Below, in pieces: positions 25,635 through 38,316 of a DNA stretch of 64,000 nucleotides. Source of the stretch: Amoebophrya sp. A120 (lineage: Eukaryota; Protista; Dinoflagellata); assembly GCA_905178155.1 (NCBI GenBank), contig CAJINV010000003.1, positions 8,929,292-8,993,291 of the forward strand. The letters run 5' to 3'. The first letter of the stretch is position 1, and every line of letters starts with the position of its first letter. A program made the position numbers and the translations under genes. The notes beneath the pieces were generated by a model. The model was not told the origin of the DNA. It did no database searches and saw nothing but the letters and a program-made list of their open reading frames with translations.

Positions 25635-28522
25635 TCAGCTCGCCGAAGGTTCCGCTTCAGCAAACGTTCCGGCCGTGATAGCGGCTTGGTCTGCAGCCTC
25701 GTCTGGAAGATCGTCCTGCTCTTGGTCGACTGCACTTCCACTTAGGCTCAGCGGATAATTACTATTTTGCTGCTGCACTAAAGCTGAATTGGCGGTGGCA
25801 GCGACCGCAGGTGTGCTCCCCGCTGTTGCGCTGCCTGCCGACCCGCTATCATCTTCCCCCGAACTGCACAGTTTGCCAGTCGCGGCGGCTTTCAAGACTG
25901 CTTTCTCCGAGCTCAGGGTGGTGACTTTCTCCCTCAGCATCGGAATCTCCTGTTTGCACTTCTCAATCTGTGCTACGGATTCCTTGTTCAGCTCGGCCCA
26001 GCGCTCCCCGCACTTCTGCTGCTCCATGCTGTTCATTGCCGTTTGGCACGCGAGCACCTCCTTTCCCTTTTCGGCGAGCTCCGCCGATTTTTGCTTCTCG
26101 CACTGCGCGACGCCTTCCGTTTTCTCCAGTCGCGCCTTGGCTGCCGCCTGCTTCTCGATGGCCGCAATGTTTTCGGCCGCTGCCCGAGCGCTTTCCTCTT
26201 CCACCAGCGCAGCCTCCGCCTTCGCTTTCTGTCCGCTCATGTCGCGCAAATCATCCTGCGCTTGCGCGTGGGCCTTTTTCACCTTTCAAAAAGATTGAAG
26301 ACAACACTTTTGGAAGCACACAACTGCTCGAGATCGAGGAGCGACGCGATGCTGAAGATGAATTTCTTTGTTCATCGCACACAATCGTATGAGCTGCATA
26401 ATTATCTCAAGGACGAGTCTGCATTTGCAACTTGCAAACTACCGTGCTTTGGAACGCACAGCTTCATCCTTGTCAACGCTTGAAGCTTTCCTTCACCACC
26501 TAATGTACGAAAAGTCTCGCAGTTCAGTGCATGATGAAGAACAAGTTGCAGATTTATACAACTGAAGAAGAAGCTTCTATCATAGCGCGCTTCTTACTTA
26601 GTTAAACGCTTCTTACTTAGTTACCTCGTCTAGTTGACGCTTGAGCGTTTCCGAGTCGGATTTTAGCAACATCTGTGTAAGGCGGGCGGCTTCAGCCTCC
26701 GCGGATTTGCGGGCGACAATGTTCTGCGCAACGGATTCGCGTAGACTGACGACGTGCGTTTTGTACTGCCCAATTTTCGCTTTCAGTTGTTCGAACTTGT
26801 CCACTGCACGGGACTGGATAGACTTCACCAACTCTTCCAGTTCCTTGTTTTTCCCGGTCAACTCGACCACCTGCTTCTCCTTCTCCTGCAGCTTCCCGCG
26901 CAGCACCGTCGTCGTTTGCTCCAGACTGAGAATGTGCGTTTTATCGGCCTCCTCCACCTTCTGGGCGCCCGTCTTGAGCCGGCGCACGTGCTCCACCAGG
27001 ACGGCGTCCTTCTGCGTTAGGCTTGCCTGCAGACTCTGTACCTGGCTCCGCAGGCTCCGGATGGTCTCCTGAAGCTCCTTCGAAAACCGGGCTGATTCTT
27101 TCGCCTTTTCGGACAGCGTCCCGGCCTCCTGCTCGGCCTGGTTTTTGGCCGATTCCAGCCGATTCATGTGCTCCATGCGCTCCAGCAGCTCCTTGTTCTC
27201 CGACCGGATTTTTTCGTCCTCCACGATCGCCACCCGGTGCCCGATGTACTCCTTTTCGACCTGTGCCTCTTCCTCTGCAGTTTTTTTCACCGCCGCCTCC
27301 GCGACCTGCATGCGGCGGGTCAACACCGCCGTCTGGTTTGCAAAACTGCGCTGGGCCTCCGCAAACTCGGCACCGATGGTCGCTACCTGGTGCTGCAGCG
27401 CCTGGTTTTTCTCCTCCAGCTGCCGCTTGCTGGCTGACAAGTACTGGTGCTCGGTGAAAAACTGCCGCACCGTTTGCAGGTCAAACACCTGGCCCTGTAC
27501 CTCGTTCTGCACTCGGTTCAGGTCCGCCTGCACACCGAGCAGCTGTTTATTTCCTGAAAATTTTCAACCAGCCCCAACATCCAGTTTGATGTCATGCAAG
27601 GCATGTAGTAAAAAATAAAAATTCTGCATTTTCATTTTGTCTATGCACGAAGTGGATCATGGGGATGGCTACTTTCTACGGAATACTGTTCCGCCGCGGA
27701 CCCCAAAGACTTGCTGTCATCGTACAGCCGCTCGCCCATAGTCTTAGAAATCACCGCGTCGCCGCTCGTGTTCGCAGTCTCTTCCAGAGCGAGCATGTTG
27801 CCTGGAAAGCTTAAGCTGCCCGACAATGGTGCCGAAGCTCCTGTCGGTAGCCCAGCTGCACCTGCATCGCCGGTGTCGAGGGTAGTTACGCCTGGGGATG
27901 GAGGTGATGCAGCCTTTGCAGCGACATCTTCAAAGACCGAAGAACCAGTCGGCCCAGCAGCAGTTCCCGTTGTGGAGGTGTGGAGCTGGGGTGTGGGTGA
28001 GCTGGCGCCTGTGAAGATCGGTGCTCTCGACGCATTGAGACTCCCAGTTAATAAGTTTGAATTGCGGACGAGGCGGTCATCCAGACCCAACCGAGCTACC
28101 GAGGTCGTGCTACTCTCTTGAATATCTTGTTGCAGGAAGCCCCGCTTGTTCACCGGAAGCTGGGTCGTGCTCCCGGAGGACTGACCCTCGAACGCCAGTG
28201 ACAGTCGGCCTTGGTCGCGAGGGGCACCATCGCGCTCGTGCTTATAATTTATCGGCGGGGCTCCTCTTTCTCTGTTCTCTTCATTGACTTTAGTAGTTGC
28301 GTCACCGGTTATAAGTCTTCTTTCTACAGCGCCAGCAGCTGCAAGAGACCTCCTAATACCTCCGCTGGGTCCTCTGCCATAAGTAGAGGGAGAGCCAGCA
28401 AGCCGGTTTGACTGCTGACCTTCCGCGCCAACATCCCGATGCTGGTTTGCCCAGGCTCGCCCCAAGAAAAAGGCCGGCCAAGCGGAGAACCAGAGGCAGA
28501 GGCGGCGACCTCCGATCTCCAT
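25635..28522 (-). CDS. Three-exon, signal-peptide-bearing long coiled-coil protein
   Basis: Hydrophobic N-terminus (LCLWFSAWPAFFLGRAWA); ORFs of 293, 306 and 215 aa joined by the TIR intron 27548-27685 and a GT-AG intron at ~26284-26625; E/K/Q/A-rich heptads. Confidence 0.8.
27548..27685. mobile_element. TIR introner, 138 bp, TSD CTGTT
   Basis: tatttcctgaaa / tttctacggaata; ctgtt at 27543-27547 and 27686-27690; join gives AAEQLLGVQADL. Confidence 0.85.
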
Positions 28523-29448
28523 TACGAACGAAAGCGGAACGACCTACACCATCTTCGCTTGGAAATTTTTTACACGCGCAGGCGCAGGCGCACGAGACTC
28601 GCGCGCTGGCCAATTACACACTGATCATATTACCGCAGACCACACCGGTGTTGAGAAGAACGAAGAAAGCACTCGATGTGTAGAACTGTATTGTAGATAA
28701 AATTTTGGTCGGCCAACCCCAACTGCAACCAAAACAGTGCCGAACATCGACAAACGACCTCGACATGGGCTGTGCGAGCTGACCGCTGCGAGCACCTCAT
28801 GCCGGTGCACCGTAAGCACTGTCACAAACTGCGACCAACACCAAATCTTCTGTTCTAAGTTCTGAGAAAGCTTTACCGGAGTATAAAGTATAATGTAAAG
28901 AAGTTGAGTGAATTCGCTACGCTGGTTTCAGGCGAAAAACAGAAAGCACGACGTATCTGCTGCTATTTTCGCTCATGCCTTGTCCTTCTTTTCTCTTTGC
29001 GAGCTGCCTATCTCTGAACAGAGGGAGTGTCTCTGTGTCAGTGATGTGTGAAGCCAAATACTTGAGTTGCTAGGTGAAGCTACAAGATGTCCATGTATGG
29101 AGCGTCGCAGAGGAAGCGTTGTAAAAGTAAAAAGATCTTCATGCCGATGTAGTTGTCTGCAGGTTTCTGTTGCTTCAAGTAACAAAAACAGACATCGGAC
29201 CGAAGCTAGTCCTATCGTTTATTTGTAGTTCAAGACAACAAATACAAAACGCAAAGGAGGTGAGTTGTTTGTTCTTTCGTGTACGAAGTACAGCTCATAA
29301 TTATTGCCGTTTTTATTGAGAAAGTGAAAGCTACAGTCTTCAACTTCTGTCGTCAGTGTCAGTCAAGCTCCTCCCCGTATCCGATGATGGCGGAGAATAC
29401 TTTCAAGAAGACAAAATGTTAAAAATGACAGACACATCAACAGCTCCT

Positions 29449-32400
29449 TCACAGAGCAAATGCTTCAATAAGCGCCCGAATAAAAACAACTGCCACTAGC
29501 GGGAGCATCACGGAAAAGGTCGCAGCGGAATCCTTGGGACACTTGTCGACCCCATTTTTCTTGTCGCTGAAGAGCTCACATGCCTTTTCTTCGTCGTACT
29601 GTGCCCGAAGAACTTCGAATTGCAGATTGGCCTGCTCCTCGGCAAACTCTTCCTCCGAGAACGTTAGCATTGACAGCTGACCCACCGAGGAAAACCGTTG
29701 GAAATCCGCATCGTGGCGGAAGTCTGACTGTGGATTCGTTGTTGCCGCCTGCAGCCGTTCGTACAAATGCACCGCACTCACTTCTTTCGCGGTGCGGTTC
29801 GCTAGGATCTCAAAGTCCATCAGAATACCTTCATTTTTCGGTCGGGTTGTTGATAGCTACATCTTGTCTTCACAGTGGACAAGATTTTTTTTCCACTTCT
29901 TTTAGTTTCGTGCACGAGCCATGTATGCTGGCGATCTGCATCACCGTGATGCAGATCGCCAATTGTTTTATTGACAAAAAAATAAAGCTAAAAAAATTGT
30001 ACCTTGTCCGACGTTAAGGACGTTTATTCGCATCAGCTGGCGATCGTAGGGGTCCTTGTCCATACAGAGAGGCATACCGTTCGGATCGCGCTGGTCCGGA
30101 TTCGTCGTGGCGGAATACGGAGGGTTGTTACAAAACAGCGTCCTTGCTATTGCTTGTTGTGCCACTGCAACAAATCTGGCGTTGTCGTGTTAGTCGCGTT
30201 TAAACAAGAACTAGAACATAGAAATGTAGTACCTATTCGCGGCTGAAGTGACGAGGGGGTCGATTCTGCCTCCCGCGCCCGTCAGTTGCGACGTGACACT
30301 CAAAGATCAGCTACAGCTAGTACCGAAAGCAATGCCGCTACTTCTGGCGCAGCTCCAGAAAAGAAACAGAAATCTCCAGTGCGCCCAAGGGGCCCAAGTA
30401 ACAGTAGCAAGCATGATCAAAAGCAAGCAATTAAAAAGGAGAGCACGGAAAGTGGTAGTGCTGGTATGTGTATCTTCTCTAACTCTATCTTCTAACGGAT
30501 TACGGAACCAAGTACAGCATGAACATGATTTTCATTTTTTATCTTTGGCTGGAATCTAAAACGAACAACTTTCAATATTTTCAAATCAATGTACCCGCTG
30601 CTTGAGTCTGGGGGTGTGGTGGTTGTCCCAGAGGAAGTACTGACGACGACTGCGGGCGGGGGCGTGGTGGTCTCCAACGTTGTGGGGCTCACGGACATGA
30701 TTTCGTTATAACTTCGCGGCATGTACAAACGCGCCCGAATGCGGCGGAAGGGGTCCTCGGTGCTGGGTGGGGCAACAGTGGTCGTTTTCTCCTGGTCCGC
30801 CCCTGCACACCCATTCCACGAGAACTCGTCGTAGTCGAAGAACTGCGCGTCGATCTTCTCGTCGTTTGTCAGGTCCTTCCATAGCTTGCGATAGGTATCC
30901 GGTAACTCCGTCGAAGCCCCGCTCTGCTTGTCGTCCCACATCTGCTGGGTCCACCTGTAGAAGTTAGGCCACCGACAAAAGTAGAGCTGCCATCGTAATC
31001 GTCCTAATCTTGAACAACGTACGCGCTTCTAGCGCTTGGATATCAACACTTCATCTTTATGTAGTTTATGCCGTCTACCACGCTGCTTACGCTGCATCAA
31101 AATAATCGCTCACAATCGAAACACTTGGCTTTGGACATGGTTCACCGCTTAGAGGATAAGCTAGCAAATCCAAAGACAAAGTGAAGCCATGGCAAAAAAT
31201 GAAAAATACTGTATAGCTCAGCTGTAAGAAAATCATGCATAGGAAAACAGCCGTACCCGAGCTTCGCAAAGGTGCGCTGCACCCGCGGGCTGAGCAACTG
31301 CCACGGACCTTGATATTTCTGCTGAATGTAGTCATAGCGAAGCAAGCACGGGGTGTTTGGGCAGCGTGACCAAGTGTCTTCCCGATGACCTGGAGAGCAG
31401 TTGGTGAATGTAGATGCGCCTCAATGTAAAATCCGATTAATCAGAGCTTACTAGTACTCATTCACCCGCCGAAAAGCGTTTGTTCTCCCTTCGTATGCTA
31501 AGCATGGCATGAAGATACACAAACATCATGAGGACAGGTAATGAAAAAATAGAAAGACGGGCACGGTGCAGGATCCGAAGTCCGCGGGTGGAGAATCCCC
31601 CGAGGCTAATTAGAGGATCCGCAGGGGTGGAAATAACTACACTCCAGCAACTACACGACAAAGTTGAACGAGGAAAGCAAAAGACCTATAGAAGCGCCGT
31701 GAAACAGTTTTATCATACCGTATTTTGACGCTATTTTCTGCAGTGCGGGTTCCAGTTCCTGCCATGTCCGGAAAAATGCGGCCGGGATAGGGCCGCCGTC
31801 ATTCCAGGAGTCCGCCTGCCAACCAAGCTGCTCGAGGTGCACCTTTTGGAAGTCCGCAAATCGATTCCACTGCAGCGCCCGGAACTCCGTCGACCGAGTG
31901 GGTATCAGCTTCTTCTCCGCGTACAGCAGGCGAAAAATACACTCCTCTTCCGGGCATCCGTTCCACGTGTCCTCAGTGTACATTAAAAACTCCGCAGCTC
32001 CTTGCTCTGCCGTGGTCAGCTTGCTCCACTCCACGACAAATTTATCGGGGATGTCCTAATATGTTTGTTGTGGAGTACATCTTCAGGGAATTATAGTCAC
32101 AAAAACCGTGGTGGAGAAAGTTTTAATCTATCGTGGTGCATCGAATTGCGATGTTTCTGTTACAATGGCCGTTTCGGTGCGTGAAACATGCCAGGGAAGC
32201 CACCAGGTCCACCAAAAAGAAAAAGTATCTCTATCTACATCTAGTTAAATCTATATGCAGTGAGCTGCTGTAGTACTCGTTGGTCCCATTGTTGTGGTGT
32301 ATTGACGTAGTTGAGCGTGGTGTACGCTTCCTGCCTCTGCTTCGTCAGGTCCGTCCAACGATACTGAATGGTGGAGAATTGGCGGTGCAGGGGCGCCTCC

Positions 32401-35400
32401 AGGAATTCCCGCCACCGCATGCAGCTGTACCGAGGTCCGTCGGCACGGTAGACTCCTTGTTGCGCCAAAAACCGTGGCCAATTGCAGTGGTCCCGAATTC
32501 CGGGAATGTCGGCGTTCATGTGCCATCCGTCGATGGTGTAGTGTAGCTTTCGAACCGCATCCCGCTGTCCGTCGCTCAACTCATCATAGCACATAAATTC
32601 GCTGGCCGGACACCACGGATACCACCATTGTTTGATCGCCGTGGTAACCTACATTTTTGAAGATGATAGATTCTTGAATGCAGAACATCACTTGCTCGAC
32701 GAGCTAGCTCTTTTTTCTTTTTATACAGCTTTCATCGCCGCAGGACGACGTGGACATGGAAGAAGGCGACGACGAGCTCGAGCGTTGCAATTACTTCTAC
32801 TTATATTTGTACACTTTTTTCGGCATGAAGTCCTCCTAAACTTCCTAACCATGTGGACCGACGTGGCAAACATTGCATCAAAGTAGTAGTGCTATACGTT
32901 CATTTCGTAAACGTCTTTGCTCGCGTCCCCGGCAAAAAGAGATATGCATTGCAAAAGTATAGCGGTAGTCGCCCGACAGGTTGTAACTGGATAAAGTAAT
33001 AGGTGGGGCATGTGCAGCTTCCTGAAAACAGTTCGAAGAATAAGTAGACGCTGAGTAGATGAAAGTAGTGTTGCTCCAGGAGAGGCAGAGGCTGCGAGTG
33101 CGACTGCTGGCAGGGCAGATCAAGTAAGCGGCCTGAAGATGCAAGGAAAAGGCCACCAAGGTAAGTAGACCAAGACCAACCGTTCTTGCCGTTACCGTTT
33201 CGAGACGGTACAAAAAGGCCGGAGCACGAGCAGGAGCAGCGGCAGCATGCAGATCTACTACGCAACAGGAAGATCGGTAGTACGCAATTCTGTATCTATT
33301 TCTATACATCGACTACGATATTACTTTTGCACAGGATAGTGGAGGTGAACCGACGATTTCCCCACGACGTTTCGTCCCAACCAAGACCCACGTTTACCAT
33401 GCGCTTGGTGCCGTCCGTCGGGGACGTCATCTCGACAGCCTCCACTTTGTACTGGTCTTTCTCATCGGTTGTCAGAGCCGACCAGGTACCCCGAAGCTGG
33501 TACGAGGAATAGTAGGCTTTTCGTGGAAAATACAGCTGGCCCGGCACCCGGCTGTTCTGCCCGGCCCACATGCTGGCTCCCCTTTGCGTCCAGTCGCAAA
33601 ACGTGTAAGCGTCCCGAAGAAAACGGGGCCCGCAGTGGCGAAACGCGTCGTCCGCTGTGTATCCCTCCAGATACGGGGCAATGTAGCAAATGTACCTGCA
33701 GAGGTGTTGACGTTCGCTGTGAAGATACACGCAGTATGAAAAACGACCGAAAGCCAAAGAAGGACAAAGATGATTCCGGTATCAACATGGGCAAAAAGTG
33801 TTGAGTGTGCAAACCAACAACTCCAATTATAGAAGATCAAGATGAAAAAATGCTCATGAAAAGTTGCTGTAGTGAGTAAGTACTTGCGGCAGGGCGCGTT
33901 TCCTGTGGCCTCTTTGGTTAGCATTTTTACCCACAGATCGCAGACGTCGTGTTGGCATCCTGTGGGCCATGTTGTGTGAAACGGTTTCAGTTGGCAGTGG
34001 TTGCGGCACTCGTCATTCGCAAAATCGATGCCCTCGTAAATGACGAAGTTTGTGACCGCGTTTTTGCAGTCCTGGTCCAGATCCTCGAAGTCGATAGGCA
34101 CCGGTGTGGCGTAGTCACCTAGGTTGCTGCCCATGATCTGGGTCTTTTTGTATATGCGCGTGCTTGGCGGTTGCACCGGAAGGGTGAAGGTCGTATTCCG
34201 GATCACCGTCGCGTTCACGGTCATTGGGTCGGCTAGTTGTAGGGTGCCAGCTTTTATTCTGCTGTAGATGCGAGTGCCCAAGAGGCCTTTGGGCATTAGC
34301 ATGGCGCCCAAGAGCGCTGCCGCTTTGTTGTCGGGTGGCATCGGCGCGTGGCCGTCCATCCGCCTCTTGTGCATATCTCTCCTGTCGTCCACCAACCCTG
34401 CTGGAACCGAAGAGACTTTCCGCCACGGTGCGGGATCATGTAGTGCGGGCGCACTCGCGGTGCGTACATGGTCAGATAGAATTTTATCTCCGCTCGCGGG
34501 ACGGTCGTGCAGCTGGAAGAAGAAGTTTCATTTCACTTACACTATCGCAAACGTTTATACTTTATTCCATCTGCTGCAATCCTTGGACATTGCCGCATCG
34601 AAATGTAAAAGTGATCTAGGAAGCGATGCCACGCACTGGCACTCTTCTATGTTATAGTTATGTATGCATATATTTGTTTTTTGGTGTTTCTGTTTCGTGC
34701 TTAGGCTTACCTGCTGCTGCTCCGGTGTAGGGGCGGACGCCTGATTCTCTAGAGCGTCCTGGTTTTTATTCGAGAGCCTGCAAATCTCTTTGGTGTCTCC
34801 GCGTGGGCACAGCTGCCTCATTGGTGGGGCTCGGGCTTTTGCTATCTTCACTGCGTTCCTTTCTATTGCGTGGCCAGCTCCTGTAACACTCATGGATGAG
34901 TCACCAGATGCAGGTACGGCGGAAGTTTTTCGTCTGCTGCTCGAAGCTGAATATTTTGCATCCTTTTGATGCGCCATGGGTGGTGCATGTAGGTTTGCAG
35001 TTTCGTCAAGGGGGGAGCTCGAGCCGAGCGCGGTCCTTACTGCGTTATTTTCCGTAGCATCGAGGATTTCCGGGGCGGCACTGTGATCTGTGGCAGAAGC
35101 ACGACTTCTTCGTCCTCGCTCGGTGTCTACTCCGCCGCCGCCACGCACGGAATCGTCCACGGAGCTCGCTTGTATTCTCTCGTCGTTGATGCTGTGCGCT
35201 CCTGCTGCAGATGCGCTGCTGCCTTTTGCGCTGCCGGTTGGCCTTGGTTCCGTTCCCCCGCCGCCTACCGACGCAACTCCACTGGTGCATAGCAGTACAG
35301 CTGCAGCCATGGTGGTGGTCCGTTTCGGGCAGGAGAAGACAGGAATTGTGTGCGTCTTTAGAAATTGGTGAATCGTCGTCCTTGCGCTTATTGTTTTGTG

Positions 35401-36168
35401 CGTTCTTCCTGACAAGCAAGGAACAATGTCGCACGTCTGCCGGTCATCAAGACCGCGAATTTTACTCGTCTGCGCCTCCTTACTCATAAATTGCTGAGGA
35501 CAAGCTGCTGTCCTACTACTCCTGCTTGCGCGGCCGGATTCCGTCCCCGGTGTTCTTCTTGATACTGTTGCAGGCGGCGCAAGGCTACGATCCTTTCCTT
35601 TGCTACTCGTTTCATTCCCCATGATCCGCTTCCGTTTTCTAATGCTGTGCTTCCTGTCGTTCGTGTCCTTGGTCAAAGACGTCGCGCTTTTGCTTTTACT
35701 GTAGCTAGTATTTTCACCACCAGGTTGTAGATTGTGCAATTCTGTTTTCATCGTCGAGGACGTCGATGTCGCGTCGTTACTTTTTGAGTTCTGCAGCTTC
35801 TGCTTCTGTAGTGACAGGCAAGCCCGCGCTGTGTCCTTAATACAACTGTGCGGCGAGAGCGGTTGCGATCTAGTACTTCGTGCAATTGACGAAATTTGTT
35901 CTGGACTTTGCGCCGTTAGTAAAACCTTGTTATGTGCAGCTGCGGGTGTCGTCGGGGGGATCGAGCTCGACGTTGGTCCTGCTGCGAAGGGAAACGGACA
36001 AGAACTTGAAGACGACGGCGTTCTAGTTGGGGCATGTAGAGAGAAACAGCCATCAGGCCGTGGCCACGCAAAAGTGATTCTCCTCTTCGCAGCAATGGGC
36101 GGCATTGTACTCCTTTGCTCCGGCTCCACCTCGACGTCCTCCAACTCCGGCATATCTTTGGTGCCCAT
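29449..36168 (-). CDS. Multi-exon predicted surface protein with W-x2-L-x7/8-LG[YW]-x4-W repeats, a Thr/Pro stalk and a GPI-like hydrophobic tail
   Basis: Repeats WSKLTTAEQGAAEFLMYTEDTWN, WKDLTNDEKIDAQFFDYDEFSWN, WTDLTKQRQEAYTTLNY, WQLLSPRVQRTFAKLGY, WNRFADFQKVHLEQLGWQADSWN; TTTPPP stretch; C-terminus SAATFSVMLPLVAVVFIRALIEAFAL. Confidence 0.75.
29929..29961. repeat. Perfect 16-bp-arm palindrome inside an intron
   Basis: tggcgatctgcatcac-c-gtgatgcagatcgcca. Confidence 0.9.
32992..33338. mobile_element. TIR-type intron with partly deleted left end, TSD CTGGA/GTGGA
   Basis: Right end ttttgcacaggata is also found at the exon boundary at 12357-12370; internal aaagtaata/tattacttt match; in-frame join FTSSYNLSGDY. 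Confidence 0.6.
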
Positions 36169-37538
36169 GTGGTGCGCTGATTCGTTCTGGCCAATCCGTC
36201 GCGTCTATCTGCAACGAGGGTGTGAGAACTCGTGCCACCAGAGAAACTTTACCGGGTCACGCATGGTTATTTCCGCTTCTATTTTTATCTTCTTTTTCAA
36301 TCGAATTATTAGGGGGAAATGCGATTGCAATGGGTCAAGCTCAAACAATAAACCTAAAACGGGGTAAGGGTTGTACATGTATGTTCGTTCTATATCTTCG
36401 GCGTGCAGGAGCAAGAATCACTGAATTGCTGGAGTGGTTGTGATATGGATGCTGATCGAACCGCGCTCCCTCTAACGAAGAGATGAAAGCTATCCACTCT
36501 GCAAGAATACATGGACGATGCTAGCGATTCTAACTGTAACTACAAAATAGGCTGACCTTTTTTGGTGGACGCTCTCACTCCGAGTCTAGTATGTAAGTCG
36601 ATGACGATGATGACAAGGACACATGACAATATGCCAACCATCAAACAAGTAGCCACGATAGCGATTGCAAAATATATTCCCTCATCCTCTTCTCATATGC
36701 CCTCAGCCTCCACTCGTCTTTCGCACGTGCCTTTTCATACACATTGCTTTCGACTCAACAAGAACAACACACGACACAAGGACGGCCGCAGACCTCCTAG
36801 CGCTCGATCTTCCTCGCTCTCGAATCTCGATGATATTCTCACTAGCTCGCTCTTTTATTCATAGCGATAGCATGTCAGAGGCAAAGCGGAATCTACAATC
36901 AGGCTGAAGCAGCTGCGCTGAACTGACAATAAAGATTCTACTGGTCCCGTTTCATGATGATTGGAGCGCAGAAAAAGTAAAAGAACAGTCATGCGTTTAT
37001 CACAATCCCACGGAGATAAGAAGTAGAGCCCTGCGGTCACGCAAGATGAGGAGGACGACCATCGTCGTTCTCGTCGTAGACCTTTTTGTCTTTCATTGTG
37101 TACTACCAATGACGTTGATAGGCGCAGGGAAAATCTTGTTGCCGCGTTTGGCTTTGGCACGTTCGCAAAAGATGCTACGGAGGCAGGACCGAGATAGAGA
37201 CTCAATCATAGAGCGCAATCCATCGTGATCCACCTTTTGCTTGGCGTAATAAGGCGTGTCCAAACGGGACAGTATGCATGTATAATTTTGGTGACGCCGC
37301 CGGTAACTGACTCGCACCCATCGATGCTTCTTCAAACCAGCGAGGAGAGTTCAACTCGGCACTGGTTGCCAGTCGCGGCACGACCAAGGGCAGCTTCATC
37401 ATGTCGCGCTTCACCATTTGACACCTTTTGCTTTGCATCGCACTGTATTCTGTGCAAAAGTATCGGCGCACCCTTCATCTTGTAAAAGTTGCATTTTTTG
37501 CAAGTGCAGTAGTCGCTATCTATGAATGATGCTCAAGC

Positions 37539-38130
37539 TCAGATTGGTACTGCATTGCAGTACAGCTTAGGCTGAACAATCTTCCCACCGTTCTTATTTC
37601 GCATGATATAATTCATAAAGTATTCCATACATGTCCATGTGTGAAGGTGAAGTAGATACTTGTGTTGCAATGCATACGCTACAAACTCGCGCTTCGCGTC
37701 CGTCGTTGCCATCCCGATGAGCTTTTGTCTAGCATCGTATTCGGACTTGGCCGTTGCGTTGAACATTCCCGTTGGTCTCTCGCCTGTTACGTCGCCCTCC
37801 GTCGCTTGCTTGTGCAGTGCCTAGAAGTAGAAGAAAAAGCAAAAAGAAGTCCTTGTCGTGCGTCTATACTTATACTATTAATCTATGTATCAGCTAGAGC
37901 TATTGATGATCCAGTCGGTGTTGTAGTTCTCGCATGCACGTACAGTACTAGGCTCCGTGGAAAGACGAGATGAAGGAATCAGCGAAATTTTTGGAGTACT
38001 TTGCAAAGCTTGTCTCCGCTAGAGCTGCTTTTTGCCCATGCTTCCGCCGCTCGCCCAAATTGTGCAGCATCGGCGTCAGTGACAGTGGATATCTTATCAT
38101 ACGCAGTCCCTGCTTGCCCTAAGCCGTTTT
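37539..38130 (-). CDS. Acyl-CoA-binding (ACBP-like) domain exons, probably the C-terminus of the COPI-associated gene
   Basis: Manual translation AQFGRAAEAWAKSSSSGDKLCK | ALHKQATEGDVTGERPTGMFNATAKSEYDARQKLIGMATTDAKREFV fits the ACBP consensus (ALYKQATxGD...RPGMF...AKWDAWxxLxGM..EEA..YI); GT-AG intron at ~37821-37999. Confidence 0.75.
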
Positions 38131-38316
38131 TTTTTTCAAAAGGAATGAAAAGACTATTTGCAAAGCAAGCAATAGCAAGCCTTTCTTTGTCCTCGTAGCA
38201 TGTGGTGGTTTTGCCTAGCTTATCATTCCTGCAGTCTTTCAGTGGCGCGTTAGAATCTCATCTGAGGACTACATTACTTTCTCGTCGGGGCAGCAAACGC
38301 AAAGCAAACTTCAAAC

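Noticed and set aside
28574-28608. GCGCAGGCGCAGGCGCA motif upstream of a start codon (similar at 285-297)
   Set aside because: Only two occurrences, one intronic; insufficient for a promoter call.
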